From contig CAVUKB010000005.1 in assembly GCA_963741955.1 (NCBI GenBank), positions 704,001-768,000 on the forward strand: a stretch of 64,000 nucleotides of DNA, read 5' to 3'. A program made the position numbers and the translations under genes. The number at the start of each line of letters is the position of its first letter. Position 1 is the first letter of the stretch. The notes under the pieces were generated by a model. The model saw only the letters and a program-made list of their open reading frames with translations. It did no database searches and was not told the DNA's origin. Of the stretch, positions 21,979 through 31,073 are shown piece after piece. Origin of the DNA: an uncultured Acidobacteriota bacterium (lineage in GTDB: Bacteria > Acidobacteriota > Thermoanaerobaculia > Gp7-AA8).

Positions 21979-23430
21979 GTGGAATTCGAACGGCTGGAGA
22001 TCACTCCCCTGCCACTGATCGTGGGTCAGATCGTTCGGGAGCGTCGGACCGGAACGCTTACGGTCATCCGGCAGCCTGCCCGCGTCGTGAGCCATTGGGC
22101 AGGGGGTGAGCTCGTCCTGGTGATCCCTTCTCAACATGAAGAATCTCTCGGCCAGTTCCTCGTTGCGCGAGGCAACATCGGCGCCCACGATGCTCAGCGG
22201 CTCGACAGTGGCGATCCCGAGACCATCGTTCCGCGATTGACCGAGCTCGGGATCATGGACCGCTCACTCGAGCAGCCCTCCCTCCGGGAATGGATGAGTG
22301 CGGTCATGGAACCGCTTTTCTCCCTCGCCGACGGAACCGCCGTCTTCAACGATGGACCGGCTCCCGCGCCGAAACAACGGATCTTCCTCCCGTCGACCCC
22401 GGCGTTCATCCTCCAGTCCATCCGGTCGATCTCGAACGGGCTGGTACTCCGAAGATCTCTCGGAGACCTGAAGAAGCCGCTCGCTCCCGCGAAAGCTCCT
22501 CCCATCGCACCCGACGTCCTCCCCTTCACCGAATCCGAGAGGAAGCTGATCGCGGCACTGGAGGAGCCCGAGACCGCAGAGTCCCTTCTGCGCCGGTTCC
22601 CGAAGGATCCCGGCGCGGCGAAGATCCTGGTGGCGCTCCTGGCGTTCGGGATTTTCGTCGTCCTCGAACCGAAGTTCCAGCAGCCGGTCGACATCGACGC
22701 CGATGCGATGCAGAGGGATCTCGCTCTTCTCGCGTCGATCGGTGCGGACGACAAACGCTCACTCCGCGCCATCTCGTTCGCACGGCAGATCCCCCGACTC
22801 GACTATTACGAGATGCTCGACGTTCCCCGCGCCGCGACACGCACTCAGGTCGTTCAGCAGGCCGAGCGTCTGAAGGCGATTTTCGATCCTGCCGACTATC
22901 CTCCCATCCTCCGTGAGCATCTCGACGAGATCAACCGCAGACTCGACGAAGCATTCGCCACTCTCACCGACCCGATCCGGCGGCAGGGTTACGACCATAT
23001 GCTCGTTTCATCACGTCTGACGGACGAGTCGCGGAACATGGACCAGCGACTCGCGCAACGTTCACTCTCCGAGAAGAACTTCGAGAAAGCGAAATCGCTC
23101 GCCTCCGATGGCGACTACTACGGAGCGATCGTCCTTCTCAAACAGGTGGTCCGCTTCCTTCCCGATCACGCACAGGCGTGGTATCTCCTCGGCAGCTGTC
23201 AGGAGCGCAACCCGAACTGGCACCGGGAGGCGGTGGAGAGCTATCAGAAAGCGCTCACCATCGACCCGAACGATACCGACGTCCTCATTTCCCTCGGCGA
23301 CCTCTACCGGCACCAGGGCCTCGTGGTCCGGGCCGAAGCGTGCTACGACGACGTGCTCAAGATCGACGCCGACAACCCGCAGGCGAAGAGCCGGCTGCAG
23401 GAACTGAAGGGGAAGATGAAGAAGAAATAG
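21979..23430 (+). CDS. DUF4388-like + J-like + TPR protein
   Basis: RERRTGTLTV N-terminus, DYYEMLDV...EINRRLDEAFATLTDPIRRQGYD J-like segment, C-terminal TPRs. Confidence 0.75.
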   Translation: MEFERLEITPLPLIVGQIVRERRTGTLTVIRQPARVVSHWAGGELVLVIPSQHEESLGQFLVARGNIGAHDAQRLDSGDPETIVPRLTELGIMDRSLEQPSLREWMSAVMEPLFSLADGTAVFNDGPAPAPKQRIFLPSTPAFILQSIRSISNGLVLRRSLGDLKKPLAPAKAPPIAPDVLPFTESERKLIAALEEPETAESLLRRFPKDPGAAKILVALLAFGIFVVLEPKFQQPVDIDADAMQRDLALLASIGADDKRSLRAISFARQIPRLDYYEMLDVPRAATRTQVVQQAERLKAIFDPADYPPILREHLDEINRRLDEAFATLTDPIRRQGYDHMLVSSRLTDESRNMDQRLAQRSLSEKNFEKAKSLASDGDYYGAIVLLKQVVRFLPDHAQAWYLLGSCQERNPNWHREAVESYQKALTIDPNDTDVLISLGDLYRHQGLVVRAEACYDDVLKIDADNPQAKSRLQELKGKMKKK

Positions 23431-23432
23431 AG

Positions 23433-23690
23433 AAAGGCATCTGGGATCTGAGATCGAGGATCGAGGATCTGAAAGGCATCGAGGATCGAGGATCGAGGAT
23501 CGAGGATCTGAAAGGCATCGAGGATCGAGGATCGAGGATCGAGGATCTGAAAGGCATCGAGGATCGAGGATCGAGGATCGAGGATCTGAAAGGCATCGAG
23601 GATCGAGGATCGATCGAGGATCGAGGATCGAGGATCTGAGAGGCGAGCGGTGAGCGGTGAGTCGAGAGCGGTGAGCGGCGAGTCGAGAGT
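23433..23690 (+). repeat. Heptamer (GAGGATC) array with ATCTGAAAGGCATC spacers, 39-bp super-period
   Basis: Directly visible; followed by gagcggt/gagcggc heptamers. Confidence 0.9.
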
Positions 23691-23814
23691 GAAGAATGAA
23701 CAGTGAAGAGAAGAATATTCGCGGAGATACGTGATTCGAGGAATTTTATTCTGCGAAAGCTGCTGATTGGCGAATAATATTTGGCGTTTCAGCCATCAGC
23801 CGTCCCCGATCCGC

Positions 23815-23887
23815 CATCCTCGATCCTCGATCCTCGATCCGCGATCCGCAATCCTCGATCCTCGATCCTCGATCCTCGATCGATCCT
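23815..23887 (-). repeat. Inverted copy of the GAGGATC heptamer array
   Basis: gatcctc repeats abutting the stop of the convergent gene. Confidence 0.85.
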
Positions 23888-24525
23888 CATCCTCCCTCGG
23901 CGATCCGCGTGGCCCACTCCGTCAGAGTCGCCTCGACGATATCCAGCTGATCCTTGAAGAAATGATCGGCTCCACTGACCAGGACCATCTCCGCGTCCAT
24001 GCAGTGCTCGGCGAGCTCGCCGAGTCGTTCGGCATCACCGAATTCGTCGCGCGATCCGTGGATGAACAGCAGAGGCTTGTCGCATCGCTTGAGGTAGACG
24101 AGGTTGTACTTGTTGATGGGTGCGCCGATGAGGAACACCGCGTCGACGTCAGCGCGGGTGCATGCGACCCGGCTCCCGACCCAGGCGCCAAAGGAAAATC
24201 CCCCCGCGATCACCTTCGCGCCCGGATGGCGTCCGATGATCCAGTTGAGCGCGGCCTCGAAATCCGCCTGCTCTCCATCTCCTTGTTCGTGCTTCCCCTG
24301 GCTCGCGCCGACGCCACGAAAGTTGAAGCGGATGGTCGCGATCCCCGCGGCTTCCAGTCCCCGCGCCGCGCGGAAGACGACTTTGTTGTGGAGAGTTCCG
24401 CCACCGAGAGGGTGCGGATGCGCGACCACGGCGACGCCGACCGGCCGCTCGATCTCGCGGTAGAGCGCCTCGAGCCGGCCCGTACTCGTGTGCAGGTCAA
24501 CGTGACGTAAGGGTCTCGAATCCAA
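23887..24525 (-). CDS. Alpha/beta hydrolase
   Basis: HPHPLGGGTLHNKVV, RFNFRGVG, GFSFG nucleophile, GADHFF. Confidence 0.9.
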   Translation of the reverse strand: MDSRPLRHVDLHTSTGRLEALYREIERPVGVAVVAHPHPLGGGTLHNKVVFRAARGLEAAGIATIRFNFRGVGASQGKHEQGDGEQADFEAALNWIIGRHPGAKVIAGGFSFGAWVGSRVACTRADVDAVFLIGAPINKYNLVYLKRCDKPLLFIHGSRDEFGDAERLGELAEHCMDAEMVLVSGADHFFKDQLDIVEATLTEWATRIAEGG

Positions 24526-24721
24526 TTCTGCTCCAGTTTCGAAAGATCACTGCGGCCTGCTCTAGTGTTTCACAAATCCGCTGCATCCGGTTACGGGTGC
24601 CGACAGGTCGGTTGCGAGCCGGCGCGGCAGAGGCGGGCGGACCATTATTCACGGACCGTCGACGATTTCAAGCGCGCCCCGAGTTGCCAGTTGCCTCTCC
24701 GATCGCAACCTGCAACCCGCA

Positions 24722-25786
24722 TCACTCCCATACGCCGGGGATGGTCGCGTCGCAATCGGGACAGCTTCCGCCGCGGATCCGGTTGCGGAGCACGCGGAAT
24801 CCGATCCTCTCCACCAGCATCGCGTCGCACGCGGGACAGCGGGTCGATTCGAGATCTCCGACCGCGCCCGGAAGATTCCCCGGGTAGACGAAACGGAGGC
24901 CTGCACGCTTTCCGATCGCGTACGCACGCATCAGATCGCGGACGCTGGTGTCGTCGTTCTCCGTCATCCGGTAGTCGCCGTGAAACGCGGTGACGTGCCA
25001 CGGGATGTCGATGTCCACTCCGGCGATGAATTCGGCGATCTTCGTCAGCTCCTCGTCCGAGCTGTTGAAGCCGGGGACCACCAGCGTGACGATCTCCACC
25101 CAGATCTTCCGCCGTTTCAGCTCCCGGATCGTCTCGAGTACCGTGTCGAGCCGCCCGCCGAGGAGGTTGTAGTCCTTCGGGTCGAACCCTTTCAGGTCGA
25201 CTTTGTAGAGGTCGACCCACGGCGCGAGGTACTCCAGCACTTCCGGAGTGCCGTTCCCGTTCGAGACGTAGGAACAGACGAGCCCTTCGGCCTTCGCCAG
25301 CCGGAAGATCTCCACCGCCCACTCGGAGGTGATCAGCGGTTCGTTGTAGGTCGAAGTGACTACGCGAGCACCGTACTTCTTCGCCAGCCGCACCAGATCG
25401 GCCGGTTCGATGTCGGTCGGAGTGACGTCCGCGGCCGGATCGCGCAGCGCCTGCGACGTGATCCAGTTCTGGCAGTACCCGCAACGGTAATCGCAGCCGA
25501 GCATCCCGAACGAGAGGGCCTGCGCACCGGGCAGCGCATGGAAGAACGGTTTCTTCTCGATCGGGTCGACGTGAAGGCCGCCGACGTATCCGCGCGGCAC
25601 CCTCAGCGACCCGGCCTCGTTGAACCGCACCTTGCACGTCCCGACCCTTCCCGGCTTGATGTAGCAGCGATGCCCGCACGCGAAACAGGTCAGTGCGCCG
25701 TTCTCGTGCTTCTCATAGAGCTCTCCCTCGACGGTGCGCGCAGCAAGCATCTCGCCGAGGGTCGATCTCGTCGCACTGGTGGTCAT
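24722..25786 (-). CDS. amrS: AmmeMemoRadiSam system radical SAM enzyme
   Basis: N-terminal CxxCxxxC, DPIEKKPFFH, GCDYRCGYCQNW, TYNEP, C-terminal zinc ribbon. Confidence 0.9.
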   Translation of the reverse strand: MTTSATRSTLGEMLAARTVEGELYEKHENGALTCFACGHRCYIKPGRVGTCKVRFNEAGSLRVPRGYVGGLHVDPIEKKPFFHALPGAQALSFGMLGCDYRCGYCQNWITSQALRDPAADVTPTDIEPADLVRLAKKYGARVVTSTYNEPLITSEWAVEIFRLAKAEGLVCSYVSNGNGTPEVLEYLAPWVDLYKVDLKGFDPKDYNLLGGRLDTVLETIRELKRRKIWVEIVTLVVPGFNSSDEELTKIAEFIAGVDIDIPWHVTAFHGDYRMTENDDTSVRDLMRAYAIGKRAGLRFVYPGNLPGAVGDLESTRCPACDAMLVERIGFRVLRNRIRGGSCPDCDATIPGVWE

Positions 25787-25868
25787 GCTCTCGAAAACAC
25801 GCTCGAATGAGCGTTCGTTCCCCCCTCCTCCCATTCCTCCGGCACGCGGATTGCCGCTCCTGCGAGCC

Positions 25869-26663
25869 ATGAAGCACCTGCGACGGCGACGGCCGCCATC
25901 CGATCCACGCCAGCTGATGCGCGAGAGGCATCGCCTCCTGGCTCACATCAGCGGCTGGCTCGAGCTCCCGATGATCTTTCTCGCCTTCGTCTGGCTGATC
26001 CTCCTCATCGTCGAATGGGTTTCCGGGCTCACCCCCTTCATGCAGCAGCTCGGCACTGTCATCTGGGCGCTCTTCGTGGCCGATTTCCTCCTCCGCTTCA
26101 CCATCGCCCCTCGCAAGATCCGCTTCCTCAAGCGGCAGTGGCTCACCGCGATCTCCCTCGCCGTTCCGGCTCTCCGCATCTTCCGCCTCATCCGCATCAT
26201 CCGAGTGGCGGCATTTCTCGGTGAACTGAATCTCGTCACCCTCGTCGGCACCATGAACCGAAGCATGGCGGCGGTGCGACGCACGTTCCGGCGGAGAGGA
26301 TTCGGCTACGTCATCGCACTGACCGCCGTCGTCACGTTCGCCGGCGCGGCCGGGATCTACGCGTTCGAGCGCGGCGCGGGGAACGCGTTCGACAGCTACG
26401 GTACGGCACTCTGGTGGACTGCCATGCTGATGACGACGATGGGAACCGGCCACTGGCCCGTTTCTGCGGAAGGGCGGATTCTCACCCTGGGACTGTCGAT
26501 CTACGCGTTCGCCGTCTTCGGTTACGTCACCGCGACGATCGCGTCGTACTTCATCGACGACAGCGACAGGACGAACGAAACGACGGCAGAAGAGATCCGC
26601 AGCCTCCGCGAAGAAATTGCGCGGCTTCGCTCGCAGATCGAAACTCCGCAGCGCACGCCCTGA
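25869..26663 (+). CDS. Potassium channel family / ion transporter
   Basis: S4-like LRIFRLIRIIR, pore helix ALWWTAMLMTTMG, C-terminal coiled coil. Confidence 0.85.
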   Translation: MKHLRRRRPPSDPRQLMRERHRLLAHISGWLELPMIFLAFVWLILLIVEWVSGLTPFMQQLGTVIWALFVADFLLRFTIAPRKIRFLKRQWLTAISLAVPALRIFRLIRIIRVAAFLGELNLVTLVGTMNRSMAAVRRTFRRRGFGYVIALTAVVTFAGAAGIYAFERGAGNAFDSYGTALWWTAMLMTTMGTGHWPVSAEGRILTLGLSIYAFAVFGYVTATIASYFIDDSDRTNETTAEEIRSLREEIARLRSQIETPQRTP

Positions 26664-26703
26664 CCCGGATGTTTCGCGCGAGCCCGTGACGAAGCGAGTA
26701 CGA

Positions 26704-27489
26704 TCACGACTCGCCGAAACGCGGCGGTCGCTTTTCGAAAAACGCCCGCATCCCCTCCTCGGCGTCCGCAGAAAGAAAGGCTCGGCGCTGGTGCCGCTTC
26801 TCCATATCGATCTGTTCGTCGAGAGTGCTGCCACGCGAAGCCTCGACCGCCTTCTTGATCTCCGCAATCACCTCAGCAGGACCGGCGCCGATCGCCGACG
26901 CGAGCCGCCGGCTCTCTCCGCGAAGCACGTCCGGCGGAACGACGCGGTCTACCAGCCCGATCGAGAGCGCCTCGGCCGCATCGACCATCCTTCCGCTGGC
27001 CATCATCTCCAGAGCGCGGCTCGGACCGATGATCCGCGGAAGAAACCACGTCCCGCCCCAGTCGGGATGCAGCCCGATCCGCACGAACGTCTCGCCGAGC
27101 TTCGCCTCTTCGGACGCGATGCGGTAATCGCAGGCGAGAGCGAGGTTGCAGCCGGCGCCCGCGGCGACGCCGTTGACCGCGGCGATGACGATCTTCGGGC
27201 TCTCGCGGATGGCGGCGACCACCCGGCGCCCCGATTCGAGGAGCTCCTCGAACCGCTTTTCCGATTTCTGGCGCTGCAGGTCGAACATCGTCTCGACGTC
27301 GCCGCCGGCGCAGAAGCCGCGGCCCGCACCGGTGATGATGATCGCTCGCGCGTCGCGGTCCCGCCCCATCGCTTCGATCGCGTCGCGGAGCTCTTCCCTC
27401 ATCGTGCCGACCAGTGCGTTGAGCTTCTCCGGCCGGTTCAGCGTGATGGTTCCGATTCCGTCGGAGGATTCAGTCAGAATCTGTTTCAT
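26704..27489 (-). CDS. Enoyl-CoA hydratase/isomerase
   Basis: TLNRPEKLNA, FCAGGD, AAGAGCNLALACD, GLHPDWGG. Confidence 0.92.
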   Translation of the reverse strand: MKQILTESSDGIGTITLNRPEKLNALVGTMREELRDAIEAMGRDRDARAIIITGAGRGFCAGGDVETMFDLQRQKSEKRFEELLESGRRVVAAIRESPKIVIAAVNGVAAGAGCNLALACDYRIASEEAKLGETFVRIGLHPDWGGTWFLPRIIGPSRALEMMASGRMVDAAEALSIGLVDRVVPPDVLRGESRRLASAIGAGPAEVIAEIKKAVEASRGSTLDEQIDMEKRHQRRAFLSADAEEGMRAFFEKRPPRFGES

Positions 27490-27680
27490 ACCCTCCCCCT
27501 CAGTCGCCAGTGCTCCGACTCTCGCGCCCGGATCGTCCCGGCGCGCATCGAGCCACGACGTTCCATGGCGCGCTCGTCGTGCTGGTCGTTTCGCACAAAC
27601 ATATCTTCTTCACGAGCCGCGCGAAAGAGATCGAAACATCATATTGACTCCCGCGCCACGACACACCAAACTCGCGCTGC

Positions 27681-28757
27681 ATGAAGTGGTTGATCCGAAT
27701 CGGTAAGGTGGTGCTGCTCGCGATGATTCCGCTCGCGATCTGGCTTCAGTTCGGTGAGGGGAACATGGTTGCGCGGTTCGTCGTCTCCGCGCTGGCCGTG
27801 CTGCCGATCGCGGCATGGATCGGAACGAGTACCGAGCACCTCGCCGTCCGGATGGGCCCCACGTACGGCGCGCTCTTCAACGCGACGTTCGGCAACTTCG
27901 CCGAGATGGTCATCGCGATCCTCGCAATCCGGGCGGGGCTTCCGAGTGTGGTGAAGGCGTCGTTCACCGGATCGATCCTCGGCAACCTCCTCTTCGTCGG
28001 AGGGCTCTCCATGATCGCCGGCGGCTGGGGACGCGAGAGGCAGTGCTTCAATATGCTCGCCGCGGAGAGCAACGCCGGCCAGCTTGTCGTCGCCGCGGCA
28101 TCGCTCGTGGTGCCGACCCTCTTTTTCAGTCTGGTCGGCGGCAACCGGAATCTCCTCCGGGTCCATGAAGTCTCGATCGGCACCGCGGTCATCCTGATGG
28201 TCACCTACGCCGCAGGACTCTGGTTCGCATTCAAGACGCACCAGCACATCCTCAATGCATCCGCCGACGACAACGCGCCTCACCACTCGGGAGCGCAGTG
28301 GAGCGTCCGCCGCTCCATCCTGGTGCTCCTCGGATCGAGCGTCCTGATGGGAGTGGTGGCGGAAGGCCTGGTCGGGGCGGTGGAGCACGTCGGACATCAG
28401 CTCGGGATGAACCAGGTCTTTCTCGGTTTCGTCGTCGTGGCGGTCGTCGGCAATGCGGCCGAGCACTCCACGGCGATCATGCTCGCACGCCGCGACCGGA
28501 TGGATGCGGCGCTCGGAATCGTGATGCAGTCGAGCGTGCAGATCGCGCTCTTCGTCACCCCGCTGGTCGTCTTCCTCTCCTACCCTCTCGGCCATCCGCT
28601 CGACCTCGTCTTCACCAGCTTCGAAGTCGTGGCGCTCGCCCTCGGCATCGCAATCTTCTCCTACGCGGTCATCAACGGCGAGAGCCACTGGTTCGAAGGG
28701 GTCCAGCTCCTCGCGCTCTATCTGATCCTCGCGGTGGCGATCTTCTTTCTGCCGTAG
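27681..28757 (+). CDS. cax: Calcium/proton exchanger
   Basis: Alpha repeats NATFGNFAE / GSILGNLL and VGNAAEH / SSVQIALF. Confidence 0.93.
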   Translation: MKWLIRIGKVVLLAMIPLAIWLQFGEGNMVARFVVSALAVLPIAAWIGTSTEHLAVRMGPTYGALFNATFGNFAEMVIAILAIRAGLPSVVKASFTGSILGNLLFVGGLSMIAGGWGRERQCFNMLAAESNAGQLVVAAASLVVPTLFFSLVGGNRNLLRVHEVSIGTAVILMVTYAAGLWFAFKTHQHILNASADDNAPHHSGAQWSVRRSILVLLGSSVLMGVVAEGLVGAVEHVGHQLGMNQVFLGFVVVAVVGNAAEHSTAIMLARRDRMDAALGIVMQSSVQIALFVTPLVVFLSYPLGHPLDLVFTSFEVVALALGIAIFSYAVINGESHWFEGVQLLALYLILAVAIFFLP

Positions 28758-28772
28758 GAGGCGCCAGGTCTC

Positions 28773-28840
28773 GAGGCTCGGGGCTCGGGGAATCACGAGA
28801 ATCGTGTTTGTGAATTTTCAACCCTCGGAACCGCACACGG
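28773..28840 (+). repeat. Partial copy of the ~213-bp repeat upstream of the TA module
   Basis: gaatcacgagaatcgtgtttgtgaattttcaa...ctcggaaccgcacacgg matches the array units. Confidence 0.85.
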
Positions 28841-28884
28841 TGCGTGCGCGCCGCGGCTCGGGAAGAGTGGCGAAGACTTCTCTG

Positions 28885-28914
28885 TTGCAGGAGTCGTACG
28901 GAATCTCGTACGAT
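28885..28914 (+). promoter_or_regulatory. TA promoter with overlapping palindromic operator
   Basis: TTGCAG-N18-TACGAT; palindrome TCGTACG-gaatct-CGTACGA (28894-28913) with GTAC cores as in yefM-yoeB operators. Confidence 0.6.
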
Positions 28915-28921
28915 GACCGTC

Positions 28922-29164
28922 ATGAAGACTGTATCCGCCAGCGAAGCCCGGACGAGACTCTACAAGCTGATCGACGAAACGGCGGTCACCAGTGAGCCCG
29001 TGCAGATCACCGGGAAAAGAGCCGACGCGGTGCTCGTCTCGATGGACGACTGGCAGGCCATTCAGGAGACGCTCCATCTCCTCTCGATTCCGGGAATGCG
29101 CGCTTCGCTCCGAAAAGGGATGAAGACTCCCGTTGAGGAATGCCTGGAGTCGCTCGACTGGTGA
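28922..29164 (+). CDS. yefM: Type II antitoxin, Phd/YefM family
   Basis: ASEARTRLYKLIDE, PVQITGKR...AVLVS..DW.AIQETLHLLSIPGM. Confidence 0.93.
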   Translation: MKTVSASEARTRLYKLIDETAVTSEPVQITGKRADAVLVSMDDWQAIQETLHLLSIPGMRASLRKGMKTPVEECLESLDW

Positions 29165-29427
29165 AACGGTGGCACGTGGTCTTCACGCCCGAGGCCGCGA
29201 AGGACGCGAAAAAACTGAAGCGAGCCGGCCTCAAGCCGAAGGCGCAGATGCTTCTCGACGTCCTTCGCGAGAATCCCTTTCAGTCTCCTCCGCCGTTCGA
29301 GAAGCTCCTCGGCGATCTGGCCGGAGCGTACTCCCGGAGGATCAATATCCATCACCGGCTCGTCTATCAGGTTCTGAAACGGGAGCGGGTCGTGAAAGTC
29401 CTTCGAATGTGGACGCACTACGGGTGA
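29161..29427 (+). CDS. yoeB: Type II toxin, Txe/YoeB family mRNase
   Basis: PPFEKLLGDLAGAYSRRINIHHRLVY...MWTHY; GTGA overlap with the antitoxin. Confidence 0.93.
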   Translation: MKRWHVVFTPEAAKDAKKLKRAGLKPKAQMLLDVLRENPFQSPPPFEKLLGDLAGAYSRRINIHHRLVYQVLKRERVVKVLRMWTHYG

Positions 29428-29431
29428 TCGC

Positions 29432-30474
29432 GAGGCTCGGGGCGCGCGGCTCGGAGAATCACGAGAATCGTGTTTGTGAATTTTCAATCCTCGGAACCGC
29501 TCACGGAACGTGCGCACCCTCTCCCCGCCCGTTCTCACACAACTTCAGCCGAGGAGCGATCTTCGGGGAGAGGGGAGGGTGAGGGGCAACCCCGAAAGTC
29601 GATCGCGCAGATCGTACGATTGAAGATCGCCGTTCTCTTCGCGCGAAGATCGAAGCTCGAGCCTCGGAGACTCACGAGAGCCGTGTTTGTGAATTTTCAA
29701 TCCTCGGAACCGCACACGGAACGTGCGCACCCTCTCCCCGCCCGTTCTCACACAACTTCAGCCGAGGACCGATCTTCGGGGAGAGGGGAGGGTGAGGGGC
29801 AACCCCGAAAGTCGATCGCGCGATCGTACGATTGAAGATCGCCGTTCTCTTCGCGCGAAGATCGAAGCTCGAGCCTCGGAGACTCACGAGAGCCGTGTTT
29901 GTGAATTTTCAATCCTCGGAACCGCTCACGGAACGTGCGCACCCTCTCCCCGCCCGTTCTCACACAACTTCAGCCGAGGAGCGATCTTCGGGGAGAGGGG
30001 AGGGTGAGGGGCAATCCCGAAAGTCGATCGCGCAGATCGTACGATTGAAGATCGCCGTTCTCTTCGCGCGAGGCTCGGGGCGCGAGGCTCGAGCCTCGGA
30101 GAATCACGAGAATCGTGTTTGTGAATTTTCAATCCTCGGAACCGCTCACGGAACGTGCGCACCCTCTCCCCGCCCGTTCTCACACAACTTCAGCCAAGGA
30201 GCGATCTTCGGGGAGAGGGGAGGGTGAGGGACAACCCCGGAAGTCGATCGCGCAGATCGTACGATTGAAGATCGCCGTTCTCTTCGCGCGCAGATCGAGG
30301 CTCGAGGCTCGAGGCTCGGAGAATCACGAGAATCGTGTTTGCGAATTTTCAATCCTCGGAACCGCTCACGGAACGTGCGCACCCTCTCCCCGCCCGTTCT
30401 CACACAACTTCAGCCGAGGAGCGATCTTCGGGGAGAGGGGAGGGTGAGGGGCAACCCCGAAAGTCGATCGCGCG
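29432..30474. repeat. Tandem array of ~212-220-bp REP-like units, ~5 copies
   Basis: tgtttg(t/c)gaa anchor at 29471, 29684, 29896, 30116, 30336; each unit has ccctctcccc...ggggagaggggagggtgagggg. Confidence 0.92.
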
Positions 30475-30728
30475 AATCCAGCGATGGTTCCGCTCTCCTG
30501 ACCCACGATGCGAGCCCCGAGCCCCGAGCCTCGAGCCTCGAGTCCCCGCCGTCGGACAGTTCGCCCTCGTCTCACTCTCCGGACCGCCCTCCCGCCTCGT
30601 GACCAGGCCGTCGTTCGTCCCGTTGACGCCCACCCGTGACGGACGCCCTTGACGCCGCAGCGGCAGCTGCTCTATCTGGATGCGAGCGGGAGAAATCCCG
30701 GCGCCTCATCGGCGAATCCGGAGAACGT

Positions 30729-31073
30729 ATGAACGAGATCGAGATGGTGAGAGAGCTCTCACGCAGAACCTCCCTTCCGGAGGAGACCACCGCGGCGGTC
30801 GTCCACGCGATGCACGAACTGGTCGACGAGGGGGCCGTCAACGCGGCCGCGCTTCTCGCCGTTCCTCAACCGTCACACGTCCCCCCCGACGATCCGAGCG
30901 TCGTCGAGCAGCTCATCGCCCGGGCGAAAAAGCATCCGCTCGGCATCGAGTTTCTCGCCAGCGGCCTGTTGGCGACCGTGGCGATCACGCTCGGCGCGCA
31001 CGCGTTCACCGTCGAAGCCGCGCGCCGGCGCATCCAGGGAGATCAGCAACCGAAGGAAGAGGAATCGAAATGA
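30729..31073 (+). CDS. Hypothetical protein coupled to the downstream lyase
   Basis: RBS ggaga, genome-like codon use, ATGA overlap with the next gene. Confidence 0.6.
   Translation: MNEIEMVRELSRRTSLPEETTAAVVHAMHELVDEGAVNAAALLAVPQPSHVPPDDPSVVEQLIARAKKHPLGIEFLASGLLATVAITLGAHAFTVEAARRRIQGDQQPKEEESK

Noticed and set aside
28773-29470. Integron cassette (attC-flanked TA)
   Set aside because: The flanking repeats lack recognisable RYYYAAC/GTTRRRY attC ends and no integrase is present.
29432-30474. CRISPR array or type III TA antitoxin repeats
   Set aside because: Units exceed 200 bp with no spacers; the adjacent TA is a type II pair with a protein antitoxin.
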